Below, piece after piece: positions 38,501 through 49,164 of a DNA stretch of 64,000 nucleotides (positions within the stretch are counted from its first letter, which is position 1; each line of letters opens with the position of its first letter). The notes beneath the pieces are model-generated. The model was not told the origin of the DNA and ran no database searches. It was given only the letters and a program-made list of their open reading frames with translations. Location of the stretch: the NCBI GenBank assembly GCA_045837725.1, contig JBEWZL010000126.1, forward strand, positions 1-64,000. Reading direction: 5' to 3'. A program made the translations under genes and the position numbers. The DNA comes from Vermamoeba vermiformis (lineage: Eukaryota).

Positions 38501-39847
38501 ACTGATCTCATTTTTCTTCTCCCCATTGCAGTCAGCATTGCAGAAGGCATTGCACATCTTCACAGTCGAAATCCACCAATCATTCATCGAGACATCAAAC
38601 CTGACAATATAATGGTATGTTAGATCTTAAGAGATGATAAAGCAACTGACCTGAATTGATTTAGCTTGATAAAGAAATGAAAGTGAAAATAATTGACTTC
38701 GGCATTGCAAAATTGTCAACTCTTCCTTATTTGTATGAGAGACAAGTATGAATAATGACCAGTAGTAATGAAACTGAAGCACAATCTAATTGAAGTATGA
38801 CATCAGGGAACACCAGGCTATTGTGCTCCAGAAGTGATGGGACAAACTCAATACAACTCAGCTGTTGACATCTACAGGTATTTGAAAGTTTGTATTTGAT
38901 TGCCTTTATGTATCCTAATTTGTTTTTCAAGTTTTGGACGTGTTCTGATGAAGATGTGTGGTGACATGGGTCACTTGAAGCAACACAACGAATTATCGCC
39001 ACTGATCGAACAACTGCACACATTCATCACCAAGTGTGCTGACAAAGAGCCATTACATCGTCCAACAGCATTTCAGTGTGTTGATCAACTCAAAAACATG
39101 CTAGAACGAGCCACACTATTGAAACGACATCATGCACATCTCTTTGAAAACATTGGTCAGGCTAAAGAGCTGTCAAAGTAAGTATCCAAGGCCTCAATTT
39201 CTGCTCAAAGTCACTGATTTGATCATCAGAACAAAACAGCATTACTCTCCTGTCAAGGATTTGCCAACTCAAACACTGACTTGGACGTCGGCTAAGCAAC
39301 AGTTGGCAACAAATGCGTTTGCAAACAAAGATGAGCTGAAAGCACAACTGAAAACACTTCAATTGGAGATTAGAGACAATCCAGGCAATGGTGATTGTTT
39401 GCCTTTCTCGTTGATTGATTATCTGAAAGTGACCACAGACTTCAACGGTGATTGCAGCTCATTACGACAAATAATTGCAAACTACGTTCGTGCCAATTGG
39501 CAGCACTTGTCAAAGACATATCCTGACACGATTGGACCACTACTCAACACTGAAGAGAATGCGCGTGAATGGGCAGCGAAGTATCAGCGACCACAACAAT
39601 GGTGCGAAACTGAGTTTGCGAGCATTTGTGCTGTCTTTTTCAAGTACGTCAATTGCACAATTGCGTTGAATTATCGCACTGACATTTCACCAGGGTACGA
39701 GTGGAGATCTTTGTGATGACTGCACATCACTCGCTTGAACGCATCGTGTTCGAGCCCGTTAACATGGACTACCTGCCGACCATTCGCCTTGCTTACGTGA
39801 ACAACAATCATTACGTCTCTGTGTGGCCAGTTGATGATGACGAATGA
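35547..39847 (+). CDS. Roco protein: LRR-ROC-COR-kinase with a C-terminal OTU-like domain
   Basis: 23-aa LRRs. ROC motifs GEGLVGKTS, RTEG, WDFAGQ and ATKLD. Kinase motifs GKGAFG, VAVKE, HRDIKPDN, DFG and GTPGYCAPE. OTU-like PGNGDCLPFS..W..IRLAYVNNNHYVSV. Confidence 0.9.
35669..36320 (+). repeat. 69-bp coding tandem repeat (LRR units)
   Basis: About 9-10 near-identical units containing ...ACAACTCTTCCATCATCAATATCA(G/A)CTCTCACAAACTTGCA... Confidence 0.95.
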
Positions 39848-40112
39848 TAGTATTCGGTCAGATTTAGTAGTTTCTTGGATTTATTTTTGTTTTTAAATTT
39901 TTAAAGCGCATTGCGAATAATAAACTTCACATTGTTCATCTAATTCCGATAATTACAAATAGCGCGAACAGCTCACTTAAAAATTTTGCGGACACCGTTA
40001 TCATATCTTCGTTGGTCCTTGTCCGGACAAGGACAAGCGCTTAGTGTCCGAAAAACACATTGCAAGCAGCTAAGTTCTCAAATGGTTGATATTGCTTATT
40101 AACGGCGGCACG

Positions 40113-41660
40113 TTGTTTCAATATCACAATAGACACAAGTAAACATTTGAGCCGAAAAATTGATCACGTACCTTGTATCAATGGAGCCACGAATCTATTT
40201 GCACCACATTGCCGACAGTGTCATTTAATCACGCGCACACATATTGATATTGATGTACATGCGCGGCATGGCATGGCACGATGAGAACAAAAACCTCCAC
40301 AAGAGAACCAGCGTGCGTCACGAATCGTCGTGTCTAAATGCAACGCTGCGTCAGTTGTTATTGCACATTCATTGCTTACATAGAGGTGTAGTCTTATTCG
40401 AGTTTGTTATTGCGTTGGTCGAGTTTGATCCTCGTTGGCGTGATGCAAAAAAGGATCCGTTGTGATGACACCACGTGCCGATCTTAACTTTAATACTGGT
40501 GCTATGATACGACCGTCAATTCATTGGTTATTTCAAGTTTGATAAACAGAACGAACTCACCTTTTCTAAGCGTTTGGCGTAACGAGACCGATCCGTTAAA
40601 AATGACGCATATAAGCATGAACCTTGACAAATGATAATTAGTAACATAAATTACCACAAAAATACGACGTTATTTTGGTAAAACGAGTGTAAAATAAGAA
40701 AATTATTACTCGTCTCAGTGCGCGATATTTCGAGTATTGCTCGCTCTTACCAATGCTCATTTAACCCCATCGATCCCCTCACTATCATCAGTGCGGCGAG
40801 TAGTTGTGCATGACATGTCATTTAGAGCTTGCGTTGGCCGTGGAATGACGAGCACTTGCCGCAGATCTAGCCAAGAGCACTTTTCTACGCCTGATATAAT
40901 AGTATTCCGCTTTGTCTTCGCTGTTGTGACATATTTGGGCTGATTAAACGTTGTTAGTACCCTGCATTGATCGTTTAAAATATTATTTATGCCGATCATT
41001 AACTAGTTAATTATTTTAGTATTTCGGATCGTTTCTAGGTCAACCTGTAGGCATTGAAAATTGAACATGTGTTCGTCGAAATATATTACTATCGTTTTTA
41101 TCTCTAAATACTCAGATACTTCGGGCTAATTGCTTCGGGGAGCAAGATCGTATTTGTCATTATTGTAGTTTGAAGGCTGTACTTTCTGAGTGAAGCAGTC
41201 TGTTCATAACTCACTTTGGGATGAAGTTATGTTGTCGCTGTCGTGGTCGAGCAATGGACGATGCAGATTAAAATTGTCATAATTGTAGTTTGGAATTTTT
41301 TTAATCTGGGACTCCAAACTTTTACGGAATATATGTCTGCTACGATGTAATTGCTCATTTTGCACGAGAATAAGGGAAGATCTGTGCTGACAGGGTAAGA
41401 ATCCAGAAATATATTCGTTCCTGATCGTGCGATCGGAGTCACATCGCACTTGCGTATGTAATAGATTATATTGTATCCAAATCTACGTTTGTGAGCAGAT
41501 CGCATGAGAAAGGACTGAGAATGCCACGATCCTAATGATCCGCCAGAATATTCGTTCCTCATCGTGCGATCAGAGTCACATTGCACTTACATGTACAATA
41601 GATTATATTGTATCAAAATCTACCTTCGTGAGCTGATTGCACGAGAAACGACCGAGAACG
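40113..41660 (+). repeat. Dispersed degenerate repeat, copy 2, with an internal ~138-bp tandem duplication
   Basis: Matches 32034-33340 in blocks. 41410-41510 is repeated at 41548-41648. Confidence 0.75.
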
Positions 41661-42014
41661 GTTCGATCCATTACTTTTTCGCATCTTTAAAGGAGCACCA
41701 CAGCAGCATTAATGAAGCTAATAACATGGCACAAAATAATATATACGAAATTAGTTATCAAACAGAAACGCTGTTTGGGTAAGGAACGGTAGCAGATGTC
41801 GAAGATCTTTTCAATAATCCTTTATTTGATGCAATGGTGCGCTCATAAAATATATTTTTAATTCGTCGTTGTGTTAATTTTAGAATATTGTAAATATTTA
41901 CAACTAAATGTAGTTTTTTTCGGTATTAGAAAAACAAATCCACAAGTGAGCGCTCTTTGCAATCCAATACTCATTAATATCACTACTTTATAAAATACCA
42001 CCCATTATTATTAT

Positions 42015-42820
42015 TTGAACAAATTGATAGCAGGAACAACCAATCGTAGCTTAGTTTGTTCTGCTCAGTTCGTCATCGTACTTTTGTATGGATCAGATTC
42101 TGTCGCGGTCAATGCACAATCGACAAACTCTTCGTGCGATCAGTTCATGGCTTGTGGCACCACCTACATAAACCAAATACAAGGACCAATGGCATCACAA
42201 AATATGAGCGAGATCTGTCGACTTGGTCGCCAGTACTACTTTCGGATGCACCTTTCCTCACCTAACTTTATGCACTCCTTTTCCTAGAGGCGTACTACCG
42301 CATGCTGGATCTAGTGGCGGACTCTTGTCAAACTACGTGCCACGTAGTCCCTCAGCCCGCTGCTTGTGCTGTCAACACGCGAAAAGTCTGCACGGCTAAC
42401 GGAGATCCGCATCTGACGACCTTTGACGGCAAACACTTCACGGTTGGTGCCATGTCTCAAACACTATTCGAAGATGATTGGTTGTTGGTCAAGACGGTCA
42501 ATCAATTCATGCCAGGAACTGCCAGCATTCCGTGGATCAAGGCTATTTTCATTCAATACAAAAACTGCACGTATTTCCAGTCGACTATTGAAGGCTCAGG
42601 AAGTGCGATTCGAGCATATGGAATTGGTGCACATCTCGTCACGCTTGTTGCTGATCGTTCTGAAGTCCACATCCAGTTACGCGGGATCAACACGGACATT
42701 TTGATTTCACCACTGCGCATCAGCATTGCATCGCCGTTTTGGCAAACAGCTAAAGGCGACTGCACTTTGACTCAAGCTTCGTCTGGCGTGCTGGATGCGA
42801 CCAGGGCTAACAAATTTTGA
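42015..42820 (+). CDS. Secreted VWD-domain (GDPH) protein
   Basis: Hydrophobic leader, Cys-rich N-terminal part, and CTANGDPHLTTFDGKHF. The start codon was not located. Confidence 0.7.
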
Positions 42821-42920
42821 CTAGTTTTCTATTCTTTTTATCTCAAAGAATTGATTCGTCACAAAAATGGAGTTTTTGGAAGCTACTACTTTCATTACTT
42901 TTTACTATTATCAGTGAAAC

Positions 42921-43321
42921 ATGGGTGCCGTGGTTAGCGCGGTAGCGGCAATCGAAGGATTCGTGCCCGTCGTCAAAGAAGTCCTCGACATAATTCAAAA
43001 AGGCGTCCAAACTGCGCAGCAAGTGTTAAATACTGTTGATGAAAAATTAAAAGGCCTTCCGCTCGCCGATAATCAGAAGAAATCTTTACGAGAGTAAGAA
43101 TGAGGTTGTAACGCGATTAAAAATGTTAATTGTAACACAGACTCGCAGCTTGCGCTGCCTCGAAACTAATTGATGGCACAACTATACCAAAGTCCACCTT
43201 ACAAGAGATTGGAAAGAGATTCGGCGAAGCTTTCGACACAGATGTGACCAACTTCGCTGACCAATTTACGAACGCATTGAATGAAGTCACTACTATTGAT
43301 CCTAGAATCCACACTAATTAA
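42921..43321 (+). CDS. Small helical protein with N-myristoylation-type start, 2 exons (absent from the ORF track)
   Basis: MGAVVSAVAAIEGFVPVVKEVLDII..KSLRE / LAACAASKL..PRIHTN* splices in frame over a GTAAG..CAG intron. Confidence 0.7.
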
Positions 43322-43414
43322 TACTAGACACAATCCTGTATTAAGCAAATACCAGTAAACGGATCTCAAATGAATTGATTTATTGCCAGATGCGAAGCCT
43401 CTTCAGGCATCATT

Positions 43415-46400
43415 TTACTTCTTAATTACAAGTATACTATTCTCGCCGTCATATCCGAGAATCAGCTGGTTGTTGGAGTTTGATTCGGCAATGTTCATCG
43501 GATCTTCGTTCAGAATCCACAAACAAATGTCAGTATTAAGAACCTGTGCCATGTTATACATATGCAAATGCAATCCTCCTCTGTGCACGAAGAATTCTTC
43601 GTCTAACGTGATATAATCACCGATTTTGCCGTTTTGTAAGAACGTCTTAAGCAGAACCAAAGACGTCAATTTCTCTTTTGCTAGCAACAGAAATTCCTCT
43701 AGTATTAAATATTAGAATAAGATATTATAGCAAAAAAGTCCTCTGTGACTTACGGATTGAAGTCGGTAAAACCAGATCCGTATTGTCAAAGCTTTTCGCG
43801 TGTGCTTTCAACTGCAACCAGATGTCGTTATCAATATATGTCTTAGTATTGTCTTGCTCGACCAGCAACCTCTTGTCAGTAATTATTCTCGGAATTTTTG
43901 CGCCTGCGGCAATAATAACACTGGTGAAGTGCGATCGTAGCAAAGAGACAGTTTCAAGCTTCGGAAACTTGGTCAAATCGAGTGTCGTCGTTGTTCGGCG
44001 CAGCGAGCCAAAGTAAGCACCATCGTTGAGTGAAATTGAACGCAAGTTAAAGAAGTTGGTGTGTGCGATTGTTTCATCGAGGTGTTCAATTGAATAGGAG
44101 CCACCGCTCAGATCCAAGTGGGTCAATTTGGACAATAACGAGAGCTTATTGAGAGAGTACTTTTTGTGCTCATTGACGATCATCTAAACTCTCTTCAGAT
44201 CCGGTAATTTGCCTTGTACAAAAAAAATTAGTGCTTTTGACTAGAAAACTTTCAAACTAATTTTTTTTCAGATTGCGCTGAGATTTCTGGCATTTCAGAA
44301 CTTAATCGGTTAAACGAACTTACTTTTCATTTCTCGATAGATTTTCTCCTCGAGGTTGCTTTTCTCCTCCGTCATATTTTTCGTCAACACTAATCCGATA
44401 GCTTTGTGGTGCGTTGGTTCTACAAAAACATCATTAAATTATTAACGCTATAAATTTTCAAAGTACCAGCAATTAAGCCCCATCCAAGTCTATTCTTCAA
44501 AGCTTGTTCGGTTAATTTGTCTTCGACCACTAAGATTATGTGCGGGAGTTCTTGCGGCTGATTAAAATTGATCTTTTTCTGCACAAAGTACAAGATGGCA
44601 TTCCAAATCTTAGGGTACAATGGTCTGAAGTCCGCGGATATCGATGACGTGTTCGAAATTGACGCAGATCTAGAGCAACGAGGTTATTAGTTGCTGCATA
44701 TAATGGCCACAAAAAACCACAAATTTGATGACTTACGTTGCCGATGTATGAGAATTCGAGGAATTAACCGTTGATTCTGAGACTTCGTTGAAGGCTTCAA
44801 GTACCGCAGCAGAAAGTTCTTTTGTAATGCTCGTCTCGATTTGCTTTCGTTTTTGTTCTGAGACCTGAAGTTCGTTCAATCGCGTGCTTCTGGAGCTGAA
44901 TTCTTTTTGAAGCTGAGTTGAGATCGATGACTCGACAGCCCGACTAATCTGTGTCATTTCTTCTTTCAATTTGTTGCCTTCGTAATTCGAATTTTCAGTC
45001 GTCGTAAAAGTTTGATGTACGCGACGACTGTTTGACTCCGTGATCGAGTTACTTTGTTCTTCTTGAATGTTATGCGATAAATTCATCGTTTTTGCATAAT
45101 TACTCGATTTCCTAGAAAAAATTGTTAGCAAGTGCAGCATGATGCAGCTGTCTTTACGTACGAGGTTGCAGCACGATCTGACTGATTATTTTCTCTTCTT
45201 AACTCATTGCGTATGGTGAAAGCAGTCGTTTGATCTTCTTTGTTTATCGATTCATTCGTTGAACCCGAGCTAATTTTAGACGACGTATTAATGCTGATCT
45301 AAATAGCAAAGCGTTAGTTTTACAAAATACGACTAATTTGCGAATTTGAAATTACCGTAGAGCTGCTACCGATGAGTTCATCTACAAATATGACAATAGC
45401 TGTGCGACCACCTGAGTGTTTGCACTCTTCAAATCGCTGCTTCATGTAGCCTTCGAACTCGTTTTCATCTTTCAAATCGAACGACTCGCGATTGACCACT
45501 TGAATCAGTGAAAAATTGTAGTACGTGACCAGCGGAAGAAGCAAGTTGTAGACGATACTAGGGCTGTGCCTGCTTTCATCAAACAGGCCGCAAATGTCTG
45601 ACAGTAACGGCGCGAAATGAAATCCACGGCACAACTCCATCTCTAACTGCGGAGTGCCCGTCAAATTCACGATGAACCTGCCGGTCAACGAGCCAGTAGA
45701 CTTTGGGTAGTGTTCTTGAATAAACAGTTTCCGTCCAACTAATCCATCGTAATCGGAAAATGCTGATCGATCTTGATTGGACTAAACAGTTATAATTAGA
45801 GATGCAATGAATTGATGTGAAGGAGTGCTGCACTTACGAGACTGAGGTAGTTCCATTGCAAATTTGGCTTGTCTCTTTTTCTCAAGTACTTTTCAATCGC
45901 TTTCACGAACAATTTTGCAGTCAAAGTCGCATTTGCATCTCGTCTTCGCCTGTTTAGAATTTTGTTGGCCACGTGATTTTTGATTGTTGCAATTTGAGCG
46001 ACCGTGAAATTGGTCAATTTCGATTCTAAATACCCCTAGAAAATCGGAAGAATTAGCTTTACTATTGCGTATTCGATAGTAATGTTTACTTACTTTGAAA
46101 ACAGGGTTCGCGACTAGCTTATCGAACGTGGCTGTCCAATTAGGAAATTTCGTGCTCTTTTCCCACCCAGCACGAATCATCTTAATCGCGCTACTAACGA
46201 TCATAGGCCCAATGAAGATATGATAGCCAACTCTACCATCGCGAATAACAGCAGCGTCAAGCTTTTCTTTGAAATTAGTGGCAAGAATGACGAACAAGTT
46301 GTGGTACTCTTTGGAGCCAACAATAGCGATAAACTGGTTCAAAAAGTCGCTTTTGTAACCTTGTTTCTAAGAATTATCGGTTAATCTTGTATTCATGAAC

Positions 46401-47338
46401 CACTATGAAAAGATCAATTCTTACATCCGCAGATCGATCACCTCCGATGGAGTCAAATTCATCCACAAACATGCAATAGGACTCATTAGGGTTTTGTTTG
46501 CATTTATCTGCTTCTTCTCGAATTCTCTTTTCAGTCTCGCCGACTTCCTTGGTGACGAATCTAGCTGCACTTCCTCGACCGGTTATATTTGCTCCGCGAA
46601 AGAACATCATTATGAAATCTGCAAGATTTGTCTTGCCAGTACCTTAGTAACAGTTTAGTCTAGCTAAGCGACAAGTTATAGACCGTAGTCTTACCTGGCG
46701 GACCGTACAGCAAGACTCCTGCCGGCCTTCCAAACCATTCTTCGCTCGCTAACGGATACAAAATGTCGTTTCTCAATTTCTTAAGCAGTAAATCATCGTA
46801 AAATCGGCCCCTAAAAGAATAAAGAATTAAAATTTTTCTGGATGTTGCAAGGTCAACTTACTGCGCAGCCTCAGCTTGTTTCCACCCATTAATACGATCA
46901 TCAATATTAGAAATATCCAGCGGTATGAATGGTTTGTTCGAGGAGTCAGTCTGCTGAGGAGCACCGACAGTAAAAAGGCCTTTGGCTTCACGATCTAATT
47001 CCATTGTTAGTATTTTCATTAATTAATTCTAGGGACTTACTTTGTATTGCCGTTATAAATCTGCACTCGAGATAATATCCGCCATTTTCTTGTTTGACAT
47101 CCATTAGCTTGATCCTTCGTCTTGCAGCAGTGATGGTAATTCCAAAATAACCTACTGCCGTAGGATCGTGACTCAGTACTTGTAGAAGGGATTCAGCTGC
47201 ATTAATAAAGCCGCTGCCAACGATGCAATCGCGGATGTCGTTGTAGGTTGCTTCATCCGTCCACAGAAGTTTGACTGAATGCTTGACGCTGGGCGCAGTA
47301 TCGAAGCTAAAATGAATGATTAATGTACGACCTTCCAT
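43415..47338 (-). CDS. Large multi-exon AAA+ ATPase with a second degenerate AAA-like region, S/T-rich linker and C-terminal LRR-like region
   Basis: Walker A GVLLYGPPG/TGKT, Walker B CMFVDEFD, and ILATN..LDAAVIRDGR. Later IVIFVDE and LTHLDLSG/LRSISLN/LETVSL. It is treated as one gene, but not every junction was checked. Confidence 0.75.
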
Positions 47339-47620
47339 AGGTGACGTTATTAACAAATAAAGCGAAGGATTCGGAAAAACCGAATTTTGTAAACAGATCT
47401 AAATAATTCACACTCAATTCTTTCACTTTTGAAAGAATAACTTGTTAAGGCAAGCAATAGGACCGAAAGTCATACGACTTTTAAGGAATATGTAACCTTA
47501 CCTGATCAGCCGATCCAAGTTGAAGATCTCACGACCAAAGAATTGAAAAGGTATAAAATAGCGTTGGTTTGTTTCACCATTTTCAATTTTCTGCGCAACA
47601 ATCACAGCACAAGACCACCT

Positions 47621-48331
47621 ATGAATAAGAAAACTTTCAGCAAACAAGACGGCGATAATAGCTACTTCGGCTCTGTTACCTTCACGGAACCAGCGTCAGA
47701 GGAGCAAGACGGCCAATTCTTTTGCGAAGCGATCAACTCGTCGTCTCTTCGTTACTACACGTTTCAGACAAATGTGACGCTCTTGCAAAGCTTGCAGTAC
47801 CAACAAATCTTCAATATACTTGGACACAATACCAACAGGTACACCTTGGTCGGACATCAACTTCGCATTGATTCGCCGACTAGTCCTGGCGTGCAAGTGA
47901 TTGTGGTGCATCAGCAATTTGACAACACCGACGACCGCTTGACAACACTTGCAAAGCTGACGCAAAAGCAATTAGCCTACGTGAACAGCCAGCTGGCGCA
48001 ACTCCATACCTTGCAGCAGGAAGTTACTACGCTAAAGGGACACGTCGTCAATCCAAATCAAATCATCTTGAGAGTTACGAAGAGATATTGGCGGGATTAC
48101 AAGTTCTGCTTCACTGAAATAATTGCATTGACGAGAGAACCCAGCGGATGGATTTGGAAGAGCCAATGTGCCACTGACGATAAATGGATCACTGACGTCA
48201 ATTCACCGGAAGGCAGGACAGTGAATATGAACCTGTGGGGCCAAACAATCAGCTACACGATGCCTGCAGCTGAGTGGCGCCAAATTTCGAGCCATGATGT
48301 TTTGATCGAAACTGTACAATATCCGTGGTAA
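47621..48331 (+). CDS. Hypothetical intronless protein with a central coiled coil
   Basis: ATG at 47621, TATAAAA at ~47552, and heptad-like LTTLAKL..LHTLQQEVTTLK. Confidence 0.7.
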   Translation: MNKKTFSKQDGDNSYFGSVTFTEPASEEQDGQFFCEAINSSSLRYYTFQTNVTLLQSLQYQQIFNILGHNTNRYTLVGHQLRIDSPTSPGVQVIVVHQQFDNTDDRLTTLAKLTQKQLAYVNSQLAQLHTLQQEVTTLKGHVVNPNQIILRVTKRYWRDYKFCFTEIIALTREPSGWIWKSQCATDDKWITDVNSPEGRTVNMNLWGQTISYTMPAAEWRQISSHDVLIETVQYPW

Positions 48332-49164
48332 GCTTGGGAGAGCTTTGATATCAAGTTATTTGGCCGATCTGTTTCTGGTTAATTAATAATTTAATGAATT
48401 TGTAGTAATATATTATCCTGTCAACAGTGTAACCAAAAGTAAAAGTCAATTTGCGATCGAAATAATTTTATAAATATAATAGAAAATTTGTGCGTGCTTA
48501 CCTGTGCTTCTTTTATCGCACAGATACCCTCAATGTCATTGAAAATGAAAGTAGAAGGGACAAACGCGTCGCTTGGGCTTTGAGATAGCTGAGAAATGAC
48601 AAGCATTTGTGCTGCTGATCTTGATCCCGAAGACAGCTTGTAAATCAATGACTCTGGTTGCGTGAATTGTCTTAATTATACAGTATTTTGAAAGAAGGAA
48701 CTAGTTGTGGGTATCCAGAGAGAAAATAAAAAAAAATTATCGATCAACAAGCAGAAGCTGCCTCATCTCGAAATCAAAAAAAACGGTTAAAATTGTCGTT
48801 TTATCTCAAGTAATAAAAATATGATGGCCACATAATATGATTCTATTCTGCGCGAAACTAGATGCGATCTTGACTTGGCTTCTCTCTTCATTCTTCATCG
48901 TGCAAATTAAACGAAACTCCACCAGTGCGTCACACGAATTATATTCTACTCATTACACGACGGAGAACCGAAAAGCCTCTTTGATTTTAGTCGATCTTGT
49001 CATCTCAAAGGACCACACAAATACGCTAATGCAACCTTGTACGCAAAATAAAGCCCGGGCAATCATTATACTAAAGAAAAATCAAATTTTATTTACGTAA
49101 AATGAAACAAACTAATTCTGTATAATTCGTGAAATTCGCTTAGCCTGGCTAATTCATTCTCTTC

